The position numbers were made by a program, and so were the translations under genes. A model generated the notes under the pieces. The model ran no database searches. It had not been told where the DNA came from and worked only from the letters and a program-made list of their open reading frames with translations. Positions 1 to 12,234 of a DNA stretch of 64,000 bases are shown here, piece after piece; position 1 is the first letter of the stretch; every line of letters begins with the position of its first letter. The stretch lies in the NCBI GenBank assembly GCA_951406725.2, contig OX597817.1, positions 161,138,001-161,202,000 of the forward strand, read 5' to 3'. Source of the DNA: Octopus vulgaris (taxonomy: Eukaryota).

Positions 1-340
1 TTTTGTGTTAAATGCTTGTGTTGTGTGTGTATCAGTCTCTCTAGATAATTACTTTTCATTTATATTTTGTATGGTAAGTGAATGTGAAGAAGAGTTTGTG
101 TTAGTGTCATTGACTATAATTAATTACATTATAAGCGTAGTGTGTGTGTGAGGGGGGAGAAAGAGAGAAGAAATGTGTACGTGAAACTGAGTTAGTGTGC
201 AAGTGTATTTATAATTGAATGTTATTTAATTTATTATCAGCTTGTGTGCGCAAACTACTTTTTTTAATGAATCTACTTTATTGATTGAGTAGTTTAGATA
301 TGTGTGCCTATATATAGACTGTACAAAAATATAAGTTCTT

Positions 341-521
341 ACATGCGTAAGTTGGATATATCTGCTGTTTATCGTACCGAAGGGTTTGAAGCGATTTAAT
401 GATTTTAGTCAACCGTATTCGTCAGTGAGACGCTACAGCATTTTAGCCTCGATGATGAAGAAGTGAAGTGCACGAAACCTTCGGTATGGTTAAACTATAC
501 TGTTTACCAACATACGTGCGT
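341..521. repeat. Imperfect ~180-nt foldback with degenerate hammerhead-like cores on both arms (probable old Penelope-like pLTR remnant)
   Basis: acatgcgtaagttgg..gtaccgaagg pairs with ccttcggtat..ccaacatacgtgcgt; ttcgtca/tgatgaa inner stem. Plus arm ATGATGA..gtg-aagtg-cac-GAAAcc-ttc-ggTA; minus arm CTGACGA..aaacccttcggta. Confidence 0.55.
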
Positions 522-1169
522 GTGAAAGAGAGAGAGAAAGAGAGAGTAAACACTTGCAAAGGAATATAAAATTTGCACACATTACAAATTTCTGCACTTC
601 GCCCACGGCAAAGAATTAGCTCAAGGTCTGAAATTTGAGAGATGGCTTGTCGATGCCATCGACTCCAGAACTTAGTCATTATTTTATATTATTGACCCTG
701 AAAGGATGAAAGGCGCGGTTGTCCTCGGCGGGTTTTGAACTCAGAACGTAGAGCGTTGGTAAAAAATATCGCAAAGGATTTTGCCCGAACGATTATGCCT
801 ATCCATCATCTTTGAAACTGATTCAAATTCAGGCACCAAGCTAGTAAATTTGAGGTGAGGAGGTTAGTCGATGAAATCAAGCCCAGTGTATAGCTGGTAC
901 TTTATTTTATTGAGCCTGAAAAGATGAAAGTATAGTTATCGGTAGGAATTTGAAATCAGAACTGGATCAAATACCGTAAGGTATGATGTCCGACTCTAAC
1001 GATTCCGCCAATTTACTCCTTTTTCTGCCTGATACAAGTACGAGGTTAGCTTTTAACCTTTATCTAGTTTCCACTCCTTTAACTCATCTCTCCCCTTTCT
1101 CTCTCTCTGCCCCTTTTAGATATATATAGCAACATGCGGACATTATTTCAGAATCTAATGACAGCAGAA

Positions 1170-1585
1170 GGCGGCGAGCTGGCAGAAACGTTAGCATGCC
1201 GGGCGAAATGCTTAGCAGTATTTCGTCTGCCGCTACGTTCTGAGTTCAAATTCCGCCGAGGTCGACTTTGCCTTTCATCCATTCGGGGTCGATAAATTAA
1301 GTACCAGTTACGCACTGGGGTCGATGTAATCGACTTAATACCTATGTCTGTCCTTGTTTGTCCCCTCTGTGTTTAGCCCCTTGTGGGTAATAAAGAAATA
1401 GGTATTTCGTCTGCCCCTACGTTCTGAGTTCAAATTCCGCCGAGGTCGACTTTGCCTTTCATTCATTCGGGGTCGATAAATTAAGTACCAGTTACGCACT
1501 GGGGTCGTTGTAATCGACTTAAGCAGTTTGTCTGTCCTTGTTTGTCCCCTCTGTGTTTAGCCCCTTGTGGGCAATAAAGAAATAA
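1170..1585 (+). mobile_element. tRNA-derived SINE with Meta-like central domain, body tandemly duplicated (dimeric)
   Basis: Head ggcggcgagctggcagaaacgttagc, B-box-like gagttcaaattcc, core gcctttcatccattcggggtcgataaattaagtaccag; body repeated twice, each ending gccccttgtggg-aataaagaaata. Confidence 0.85.
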
Positions 1586-1970
1586 GAATCATTACCGGAA
1601 TCATTATAAGATGCTTAGCGACATTTCTTTTGGCTGTGAACTCAAATGTCGCCATTCTTTCGGATTCGTTAAAATAAATACAGATGAGCACCGGGATTGA
1701 TATAATCGACTGCCCCTGCCCTCAAAACTGCTTCCCTTGTACTAGAATCATTACAAAAAAGTGGCCTGACTGTGACTCGCGAACCGCATGCCGTCCTCAG
1801 AGCTATGTGTGGGTTTCGAGTTAATAATGGATACAACTTTAACTGCCTACCAACCGGTTTTTAAAGTAATAACTGCAAAATGAAGACTATTAAAACTTTC
1901 AACGGACAGAAATTATTTTACCATAATGAATAAAATTATGTGACGATATTATTGTCTTATAACTATAATT

Positions 1971-2384
1971 GGATCTTTTCGGTTTGAACGGCAGTTTTTT
2001 CTAGCGCTGTCATATGAAATTGTCACCCATAATTATGACCCTAGTATCGATTTCAGTCTGTTTTAGGGTTAGGGTTAGTTAAGGTTAGGGGTGGGGGAAG
2101 GGTATCTTTTTTCTTCAGAAATGTAAATAAACCCAATCTGTTTCTTAAACGAGGGACATATTCATACGGCACAGAATGTTTTTTTTACCTCAATAGACAT
2201 CAGTGATTGGTTGAAATTCAGAAATAGAAGAAAGAAAACAAATATCTTACAAACTATATAATTTTCTCAATAAAGCCAAGAGAAAAAGATGTTTTATAAA
2301 CACATTCTACCAGTAAACGAAGTTTAAAATTTTTTAGTTACCTAGAAATTATGTTAAAAACTGCCGTTCAAACCGAAAAGATCC
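1971..2384. mobile_element. MITE, Merlin-like (GG..CC termini, 8-bp TSD)
   Basis: 29-bp TIR ggatcttttcggtttgaacggcagttttt / aaaaactgccgttcaaaccgaaaagatcc; perfect TSD ctataatt at 1963-1970 and 2385-2392. Confidence 0.9.
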
Positions 2385-2650
2385 CTATAATTTAAAAAAA
2401 TTGCGGCTTTTGAACGTTAATAAATATCAATTTAGCCATCCTTATCCTATAACATCTTTGACAAGCAGCCTTTAGATCGATGTAGCTGACAAATTGTTCC
2501 TGAAATCATAGACCAACCGTTTTAAATGGAGACACTTAGTCCCAGAATTTATTTACTCTGTGTTTGAAAGTAAAATAAAAAATGGGGTGGTCACAAATTG
2601 AACGCCTTTGTTCGTATGTTTGCTGACTCACGGCTAAACAACAACAACAA

Positions 2651-3059
2651 CTCTTTACTCTTTTACTTGTTTCAGTCATTTGACTGCGGCCATGCTGGAG
2701 CACCGCCTTTAGTCGAGCAAATCGACCCCGAGACTCATTCTTTGTAAGCCCAGTACTTATTCTATCGGTCTCTTTTGCCGAACCGCTAAGTAACGGGGAC
2801 GTAAACACACCAGCATCGGTTGTCAAGCAATGCTAGGGGGACAAACACAGACACACAAACATATACAGATACATACATATATATATATATATACATATAT
2901 ACGACAGGCTTCTTTCAGTTTCCGTCTACCAAATCCACTCACAAGGCTTTGGTCGGCCCGGGGCTATAGTAGAAGACACTTGCCCAAGTTGCCACGCAGT
3001 GGGACTGAACCCGGAACCATGTGGTTGGTTAGCAAGCTACTTACCACACAGCCACTCCT
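2651..3059 (-). mobile_element. SINE family A (tRNA head, CORE-like domain, internal microsatellite, LINE-like tail)
   Basis: Near-identical to copies at 9275, 20267, 53662, 62994; tail aaaggcggtgctccagcatggccgcagtcaaatgactgaaacaagtaaaagag. Confidence 0.9.
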
Positions 3060-3809
3060 ACTACTACTACCACCACTACTAGTACTCCTAATTTGACATT
3101 AATTGGATGTATAATTTAACTGTTGCTCAGAATTGTACATCATTTTGCTTTTTTGTTATTTTTATTTGTTTTATTACAATTATTGAGCTATATTTTTCAG
3201 TAGTGTAGGCGTGCGATTAATTAATTAATTAAACTACAATTGTTTTTGTTGTTGTAGTTCAGTTCCCCACCGCCACCACCACCACCACCACGTCAGACCA
3301 GATCGTGCAGGCTTTAACGATCAAAAATGTTCCGCTTCCGGCTGTGACCAACTCGTTTCTTTCTTTCGTTCATTCATTCTATCCGTTTATATTTATGACA
3401 ACTGATAGACGTCTCTCGTCTCTTCCATTTTTAAAGACGATCTGATGTGATTTGAGGGAGATTTGGTTGCTATTTTATTGCAGATGGAGTGACTGCGTAG
3501 AAAGGGTCTCCCCGATTGGCTGTTTTCGTTTTCTGACTCGTGGTGTAGTTTCTGACGTTATTGACCTGTCCGTCTTACATAGCAGGGTCATTCCAGTCTG
3601 TAATGGAAAGTGATGATGTCTGGTGCAACTATATATATATATACACTTTCAAAATAACATCAGTCGCGCTGGACGGGCTGCCGTCTCTCCTTCTTTGCCC
3701 TTACTCCCTCTCGCTCTTCATTTCTCACTTCGCTGTCATGTGACTCACATAGTTCGTCATTTGGAACACCTGTTTCGGATACTTATATCCCTTTCCCCTC
3801 TCTATTTCT

Positions 3810-3810
3810 C

Positions 3811-3885
<75 letters not shown>

Positions 3886-3886
3886 C

Positions 3887-3927
<41 letters not shown>
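3810..3927. repeat. Compound microsatellite (TCTA)n-(TA)n
   Basis: Directly visible. Confidence 0.95.
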
Positions 3928-3929
<2 letters not shown>

Positions 3930-3935
<6 letters not shown>

Positions 3936-4234
3936 TTAGGGTAGAAATTGATATTTATCAATTAGAACCAGTGGTCTAGCATATTAAAAAAAGAATCCGA
4001 AGATTAAAATATATATATATACCAATTAAGGACTGAACACGAAAAGTGGACAGTCAACATGCTAGATATAGACGTCAAATCGCCATTCTCCACAAAAGAT
4101 TATGTTCTCAGATCAAGATTATGTTCTTGATCTGAGAACATAATCTTTTGTGGAGAATGGCGATTTGACGTCTATATCTAGCATGTTGACTGTCCACTTT
4201 TCGTGTTCAGTCCTTAATTGGTATATATATATAT
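3930..4234. mobile_element. (AT)n-embedded foldback element with ~110-bp perfect inverted arms (Penelope-like remnant)
   Basis: 4009-4118 is the reverse complement of 4125-4234 with a 6-nt loop ttatgt; the unpaired flank shares accagtggtctagcatattaaaa with the element at 60.3 kb. Confidence 0.7.
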
Positions 4235-4508
4235 ATCTATATATATCTCTTTTCCTTCATTTCCTATTTTTCATTCCGCTTTCTCGTCCCTTCCTCTTTC
4301 TCTCTCTCTCTCTGTTTCTGTACATACGTTTTTACTGTACTTTTCTCTATCTCTTCTTATATATATATATTTCTCTTCATTTTCTCAATTCCCCATTTCT
4401 TTTTCTCCTGCCCTTAATCTTCCTCTCTAGATACACACGTTTTTACTGCACTACTTTCCCTCTCTTTTTGTATATCTTTTTCCTTCATTTCCCAAATCCT
4501 ATTTCTTC

Positions 4509-4510
<2 letters not shown>

Positions 4511-4587
<77 letters not shown>
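4511..4587. repeat. (CT)n microsatellite
   Basis: Directly visible. Confidence 0.95.
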
Positions 4588-4590
<3 letters not shown>

Positions 4591-4655
4591 GACATTCTTT
4601 CGCCTTTATTCATTGTATGTCTATATATTTCTTCCACCGTACCCTCTTTCTTGTT

Positions 4656-5110
4656 GGTACTACTTAAGAAGAGTGGTCCCGGTGCGCGCACTCGCGTACT
4701 CGCGCATCCGCATTAGCTAGTCGTGACTAGTCGATCCTACAACGACTACCTAGCAAAGTAAAAAAAAAAAGCACAAAATAATTTTTTTACACAAAGTAAA
4801 TATATTTTTAAAAAACTTAGCGGTTCGGCAAAAGAGACCGATAGGATAAGTACTGGGCTTACAAAAGAATAAGTCCCGGGGTCGAGTTGCTCGATTAAAG
4901 GCGGTGCTCCAGCATGGCCGCAGTCAAATGACTGAAACAAGTAAAAGAGTAAAAGAGTAAAGTAAATAAAACACAAAAACACAAAGTAAATATTTTTTAA
5001 AACAAAGCAAATAAAACAAAAACACAAAGGATCCACTAGTCACGACTAGCTAGCGCGGATGCGCGAGTACGCGGGTGCGCGCACCGGGACCACTCTTCTA
5101 AAGTAGTACC
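4656..5110. mobile_element. MITE with ~83-bp CpG-rich TIRs, Merlin-like, containing the 3' part of SINE A (4815-4960)
   Basis: ggtactacttaagaagagtggtcccggtgcgcgcac.. / ..gtgcgcgcaccgggaccactcttctaaagtagtacc; TSD ttcttgtt/tttttgtt (7 of 8). Confidence 0.85.
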
Positions 5111-5483
5111 TTTTTGTTGACGTCTTTTTTCTGTCTCTCTCTCTATAGTTCTCTCCATACAGTCTATGTATACATCTATCTTTCCTCTATCAGTTCCTGT
5201 CTCTCTCTCTCTCTCTCTCTCATTTGATGTCGTTCTTTTCTTCTTTCTTCTTTAGAGTCTAGAGTCTTTGACTCGTTCATTCGAAGTCCCTCTTTGTGTC
5301 GTCTCCTTCATTTCATCCTCACTAACTCCCCCTGTCCTTATCACCCTTCCGTTATTCATGAATCTTATAGCTTCTATTGAATTACACTTTACAACTCTAT
5401 TTAAATACATTTTTTGGCTTATCTTCAGGATGTTCATTCGAGAGCAAATAAATTTTATAGTTTATGTATGTATGTATATATAT

Positions 5484-6145
5484 CAGTGGCGGCTTGTATA
5501 TAGGCACTGCGGAACTGCAGCACTCCCTACTTCCACTCGATATTATCGATAATGTTCAATATAATCAATCCTTTTTTTCTTTAATTTTTTCTTTATACTT
5601 GTACATTATATAATCCTTAAGCTTAGTAGCCATCCCCTAACTTATGAGAAAAATGCAAAAATCGTTGTATAGAACTGTTCGCTTCACAGTTCTGGCGACG
5701 CGCTGTTTGGCTGTTGTGTGCATGCTCACTTGTACGAAATAGGAAGCTTCACGCTAGGGAGAGAGAGCACTGTGGTTCATGCAGTGTTGGTGAAAGGTAG
5801 TGTTTCTTTTTCACTTTGCATGTGCTGTGCTTAAAAACGTGCTTATATTCTTGAATGTGATAAAGTATAGAATTAGATTATTATCCTGGTTCCAGCTACA
5901 GTGTTGCTGTCAAGATTTGAAAATTAGGGCATATTCCCCTCCCCCCTTATTTTGTGATTTAGGGATGATTTTTGAAAAACAAGGAGCAATTTAAACACAT
6001 TACCTGGCAGTAGCTAAAACGCAAATCAATCAAGTTTATGTATAAATATTCTTTTCATATGTTTGTTTCCTCTAACACAATATTAAAACGTCTAAAAATT
6101 TTCTGAAGCAGCATCCCCACTAATTTTATCTATGAGCCGCCATTG
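5484..6145. mobile_element. Non-autonomous hAT-like DNA transposon
   Basis: TIR cagtggcggcttgta / tatgagccgccattg; inserted in a TA tract (atatatat/gtatatat). Confidence 0.7.
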
Positions 6146-7769
6146 GTATATATATATATATATATATATATCCTACATCTCTTGAAACACCACACTGTTT
6201 AGGAAATGAACAGATTGTTTAAAAAAATAATCATTTTTATTCATTATGTGCAACAGAATCAGTATTAGTTTAAAATAAAATATGTATTATACTTAATGGA
6301 GATTCAACATAGAAAGCCAAATTAACTGCAGTTTCATCCTGTGATAATATTTCCTATTGACATACAATGTTAAATAGCACAAAAATATATCAGTAACAGG
6401 CAGAAAACATCCTGCAGTGATGATGGCGACATTAAATATGATACACAAATTACTATTTACAACTAATACTGCTTTGGTTGCACATAGCGAATTTTTATTC
6501 AGCTGGACAGCTAATTGCAGCATCAGTGATTATCCAGTTACTGTTTTCTATATCAGTGCTAATGGTTGGTTATTCGATAGTCAAGGCAATTATCTTTCTT
6601 GAACACCGGTAAGGTTTGGTAAAAGGAACTGTATTTGGTTGTAGAAAATCTACCTCAACAAATTCTATCTGACCCATGCAAGCATCGGAAAGGTAGATGC
6701 TAGAATAGCTCTGCTGCTGATGATGAAGACAATGATGTTAATACTAATGGATATCATCGGTACTGTGTTCTGTGCTGTTTTGATTTATTATTCTTGAAAT
6801 TTCTCTTGTACATTGGGAATCTCTCTCTAGCAATTTATTTGAGGAAACCAAGGCTCCACCATGGGAATTTAGACTGCTAATTAAAAAAAGCATATTGTGT
6901 CTGCATGTATATCTGCATGTAATGTATACAGGTGTGTTTGTAATGTGTACATGTATGTGTGTGTATTCCTGCATAATGTGTACATATGTGTGTGTTTTGG
7001 TGTGCGTGTGTGTGTGTGTGTCTGTAATGTGTATGCATATTGTCTCATCTGGTCCGGTCTGGTAGGTTACAACCATCCAGTCATGCGGACATCCTTAGTA
7101 ACCTGGTGAATTTGCCAAAGTGAAGTGTGAGAAAAGTGCAATGACACATTATTAGAAGGGAATGTAGATATATATATATATATATATATATACAGAGAGC
7201 TGCTTAATAATAATAGACCAAAGATAATAGACTGTGTTATGAAGGAAAAAAACACACAGAGCTAAACTTTCTGTTTGTCCACATATACATACACACATTG
7301 ATAATGTATAGACATTTACCTATCATACATGTATATACATGTCTTACACACATACACACTGCAGTATATATATTTTCCAATTTTACACACACATTGACAC
7401 AGATGATAGACAAAGGTACACACATACACAAATGTATATATAATATACAGTGTGTATATTATTTACTTACATTATGAGTTTTTTTGTTGAGTTATATATA
7501 TTAAAGCAATTTAACATTAAACTAAAGAATTACTCAGTGCTTTTTAGTAAAGTACATGTTTATTAAATTTACAACAAAAGGGTTGATAGTGACCTCAAAG
7601 TTTCTGCTTGTTTTTATGAGACTCTCTCCCTCTTTCTCTCTCACACACACATACACAAACACACACTAGATTTGGTAGACAAAAACTAAAAGAAGCTCAT
7701 TGTGTGTATGTGTGTATGTATGTATGAATGAATGAATGAACGTGTGTGTGCATGTGTATTACTCTCTCT

Positions 7770-7975
7770 ACTCTTTTACTTTTTTCAGTCATTTGACTGT
7801 GGCCATGCTGAAGCACCGCCTTTAGTCGCGCAAATCGACCCCAAGACTTATTCTTTGTAAACCTAATACTTATTCTATTGGTCTCTTTTGCTGAACTGCT
7901 AAGTTACAAGGACGTAAACACACTAGCAAAGGTTGTCAAGTGATGTTGGGAGGACAAACACAGACACACAAACAT

Positions 7976-8035
<60 letters not shown>

Positions 8036-8190
8036 GATGGGCTTCTTTCAGTTTCCATCTACCAAATCCACTCACAAGGCTTTGGTCAGCCCGAGGCTAT
8101 AGTAGAAGACACTTGCCCAAGGTGCCACGCAGTGGGACCAATCCCAGAACCATGTGGTTGGTAAACAAGCCACTTACCACACAGCCATCT
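7770..8190 (-). mobile_element. SINE family A
   Basis: Full-length similarity to 2651-3059. Confidence 0.88.
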
Positions 8191-9274
8191 CTACTGTGTA
8201 GAGATTACATAAAAGTTGTAAATGAGTGCCACTGTCATGCAAGCGGTGTCCTGTATTTCCATTCTTCTCCGAAAATATGCCTGGTCATGGGAAAATGTTA
8301 ACTTACTTGGAAACAGATGAGGGTTGGTGACAGGAAAGACCTCCAACCATAAAAAAGTCTGCTTCAACAAATTCCATCTGACCCATGCAGACACGGAAAT
8401 GTGGACATTAAATGATGATGATATAGTCTGTGTCTTAAATTCCTTTGCAAAGTTCTGTGGTGACCTCTACCAAGGATCACTATCTGGGGTGAGACATTGT
8501 GCAAATAAATCTTAGATACACTTTAATGAATATTGTTTGTGTGTGTGATGAAGGCCAGCAGAAATGCATGGCTTAGTGTTGAGGGATGGAGGCACATGGC
8601 TTAGTGGTTATGTTGCTGGGGTCATGATCGTAAGACTGTGGTTTCATTTCCTGGATCGAGTGATGCGTTGTGTTCTGCAGCAAATCATCTCAGTTTATGC
8701 TGCTCCAGTCCACTCAGCTGGAACAAAATGAGTATTCCTGTGACAGACCGGCTTCCTGTTCTCGGAATTTATATATATATGCCAGAGAGACTGGAAAACT
8801 GGCCTTCTGCTCCTTACAGAGTAATGAGGTCAAACCATTTACGTTTGTGTGTGTGTGTGTAAATAGATATATTTCCTTATTAGCTTTTTTTAATGTTTAA
8901 TTTGGAGCAATGACATTCCCAAACCCATTAAGCCAATGATTTAAGACCTTCACAATCTCATTTTAAACAACAATTTGTTTTGAAAATGAGATCATGAAGG
9001 ACTCCAAACATCAATTTAATATAGTTATGGAATGTGTTTTACCAAACTGAACATATATTTACAAAAGCATGGGTGGGTAGTAAGAACTTTGCTTCCCAAC
9101 CACATGGTTTTAGGTTCTGTCTCACTGCGTGGTACCTTGGGCACGTGTCTTCACATAGAGCCCTGAGCTGATTAAAGCCTTGTGCATAGATTTTGGAGAC
9201 GAAATGCATTGTATGTATGTGCGTGTGTGTATGTACGTGTGTGGGTGTATGTTTGTGTATATATATATATATAT

Positions 9275-9691
9275 ACTCTTTACTCTTTACTCTTTTACTT
9301 GTTTTCAGTCATTTGACTGCGGCCATGCTGGAGCACCGCCTTTAATCGAGCAACTCGACCCCGGGACTTATTCTTTGTAAGCCCAGTACTTATTCTATCG
9401 GTCTCTTTTTTGCCGAACCGCTAAGTGACAGGGACGTAAACACACAAGCATCAGTTGTCAAGCGATGCTAGGGGGACAAATACAGACACACAAACACACA
9501 CATATATATATATATATACACATATATACGACAGGCTTCTTTCAGTTTCCGTCTACCAAATCCACTCACAAGGCATTGGTCGGCCCGGGGCTATAGCAGA
9601 AGACACTTGCCCAAGATGCCACACAGTGGGACTGAACCCGGAACCATGTGGTTGGTTTGCAAGCTACTTACCACACAGCCACTCCTGCGCC
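9275..9691 (-). mobile_element. SINE family A, full length
   Basis: Head ggcgcaggagtggctgtgtggtaagtagcttgc; tail gtaaaagag repeats. Confidence 0.9.
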
Positions 9692-9729
9692 TATATATAT
9701 ATATATGTATATGTATATATATGTATGTA

Positions 9730-9972
9730 TATTTGTGTGACATCGTCCATTTTTCCGTCCTTTTTTTGTATACATTCGAAGCTTTTTTCCAAGGAATCTA
9801 ATGCTCTTAGCTTAGTTTTTCCTTGGAGCTGGCCAGGTTAGAGCAATCTCAAGATTAATCAGCTGAAATTGCGAGGATGATCCGGTTCTTGACTGAAGAT
9901 TAAAGGCTTCGAATGATCCGTCCGTGTTTTTTGTATCATCTTCTGGATGTTTTGCATTCTTGTCCAATTTTG

Positions 9973-9978
<6 letters not shown>
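9730..9978. mobile_element. (AT)n-flanked dispersed repeat, related to 28500-28662 (Penelope-like candidate)
   Basis: gctcttagcttagtttttccttggagctggccaggttagagcaatctcaag is matched in both orientations at 28570-28660. Confidence 0.5.
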
Positions 9979-10024
<46 letters not shown>

Positions 10025-10187
10025 TACATACGTACACATACACGCACTGAAACACTCTATATTTAGTGAAATGTGCAAAAATAGGTTTATAATTTTTGCT
10101 ATGGAAATTATATCTGTGTATCTACTTTTGCACCTCTATGTTTAAACGCTATATATATTACATACATTACATATATGTGTGTGTGTG

Positions 10188-10203
<16 letters not shown>

Positions 10204-10221
<18 letters not shown>

Positions 10222-10443
10222 TTTTTCTGTACTTGTTTCAGTCATTTGACTGCGGCCATGCTGGAGCACCGCCTTTTAGAGTGGTGAAAGAGTACAGCAG
10301 GGATCACCACCTCCTGCCGGAGCCTCGTGGAGCTTTTAGGTGTTTTCGCTCAATAAACACACACAACGCCCGGTCTGGGAATCGAAACCGCGATCCTCCG
10401 ACCGCAAGTCCGCTGCCCTAACCACTAGGCCATTGCGCCTCCA
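10204..10443 (-). mobile_element. Chimeric SINE: family-B tRNA head with family-A tail and poly(A)
   Basis: tggaggcgcaatggcctagtggttagggcagcgg head joined at ttcaccactct-aaaaggcggtgctcc; same junction at 37254-37504. Confidence 0.88.
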
Positions 10444-11022
10444 ATTATATGTATATAATTTACACACACACACATATACACATAAACACAAATATATATA
10501 TATATATATAATGTTTGTGTGCAGTAGTCTGTGGTGCAATTACCATATTCTATGATTATTTCCTTACCATTAAAGCTGTGTTCTATTTTGACATTGCAAT
10601 CGATCGATCAATGCCACCATTTATTGCTATTCACACTGATCTTTGATGTGTGGTGGTGGCGGCGGTGGTGGTGGTGGTGGTGATGATGATGATGCTAGGA
10701 TGTTCTGCTTCTACTGGGGGGAAATGACAATGTTGATGTTGATGATAGTGATGATGTAGACACTGTATGTCCATCCCGCTTCCGTTAGTCTGACAGTGTC
10801 ACTTTAATTGAATCCTATGTGTGTGTGTGCGTGTGTGTGTATGTATGTATGTATGTATATGTGTGTGTGTGTATATATGTATGTAAGTATATATATGTGT
10901 GTTTGTGCGTGCGCGCGCATATACATATACATAGATACATGCATGCCCATTCACACACACATGCATACTAGTATATATGTTTAAATGTGTATGTGAATAT
11001 GTATATGTGCACATATATATAG

Positions 11023-11066
<44 letters not shown>

Positions 11067-11069
11067 CTC

Positions 11070-11268
11070 GCCTGGCACCTGTGCAGGTGGCACGTAAAAA
11101 GCACCCACTACACTCACGGAGTGGTTGGCGTTAGGAAGGGCATCCAGTTGTAGAAACACTGCCAGATAAGACTGGAGCCTGGTGCAGCCTTCTGGCTTCC
11201 CAGATCCCCGGTCGAACCGTCCAACCCATGCTAACTTGGAGAACGGACGTTAAACGACGATGATGATG
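11070..11268 (+). mobile_element. RTE-dependent short non-autonomous repeat with (GAT)n tail
   Basis: ggcgttaggaagggcatccagttgtagaaac..aacccatgct..ggacgttaaacgacgatgatgat; many relatives, e.g. 19125-19400, 34040-34415, 36060-36270, 63740-64000. Confidence 0.8.
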
Positions 11269-11469
11269 ATATATATATATATAGGGACAGAGACAGACAG
11301 ACAGACAGAGAGTGAGATACATGCATGTATGTACATATAGATATTCATACACACACATGTATATATTATCATTTTATGTGTGCTTTCCATGCTAGCATGT
11401 GTTGTGTGTACATACATATACACACACACATATATATACATGTGTGTATGTATGTATATGTGTGTGTAT

Positions 11470-11525
<56 letters not shown>

Positions 11526-12234
11526 TACATTTGTCAGGTTTTAGAATTGTCAATGATTATGCTCTGTCTTAAGTCTTTAGATTCTTGGAATTTGGCAATG
11601 TTAGTAGGAGGCATTGTAGATGTTTGTCAGTGCAATAATTCCTTTAGGGCCTAGATATTTTCGATGTATTGTGATTCTTTTCTGGCCTTGAGGGTTTTCT
11701 GTTGTTTAGATTTCCCTATTGGTTTTGCTGAGTTGACAAAATGGTTAGCACATTGGACAAAATGCTCAGCAGCAGTTCGTTTGAGACTCATTAAGTTCCG
11801 ATTTCAAATCTTGCTGAGGTCAACTATGCCTTTCATCCTTTTATGGGTTGATGAAATAAGGTGTCAGTCAAGTGCTGGAGTCGATGGTATCGACTTCTTC
11901 CCTTTCCTCAAAATTGCCTGCTTTGAACCCTGGTATCTCTTTCAGTATGAATGTTGTGATCTTGGTCACTTATGTGGAATGGAAACTGGGTCACTGGCCT
12001 TATGAATTCAAAGAGGTTCAGAAAAAAAATTATTTAAAAAAAAAAAAATTGGTTGTCTGTTGAAAAGAAGTAGTCAAAATCATTGTCTTTGTGGAACTTG
12101 CTTGTTCTTTGTTTTGTATTTGTTGTCATTATGTGGTTTCTCAGTGGCTGGTTTTCATGAAATGTTTGATAAAGTAATTTTTACTTTATGTTGCAGAGTC
12201 TGTGTATCTTGACGGGGTGTAGTGTAACTTGCTG

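Noticed and set aside
451-458. C/D snoRNA box C (ATGATGA)
   Set aside because: No suitably placed box D with a terminal stem; better explained by the foldback/hammerhead-like context
9891-9915. Hammerhead core CTGAAGA..CGAA in the 9.8-kb element
   Set aside because: No stem II pairing and no GAAA-stem III-UH arrangement
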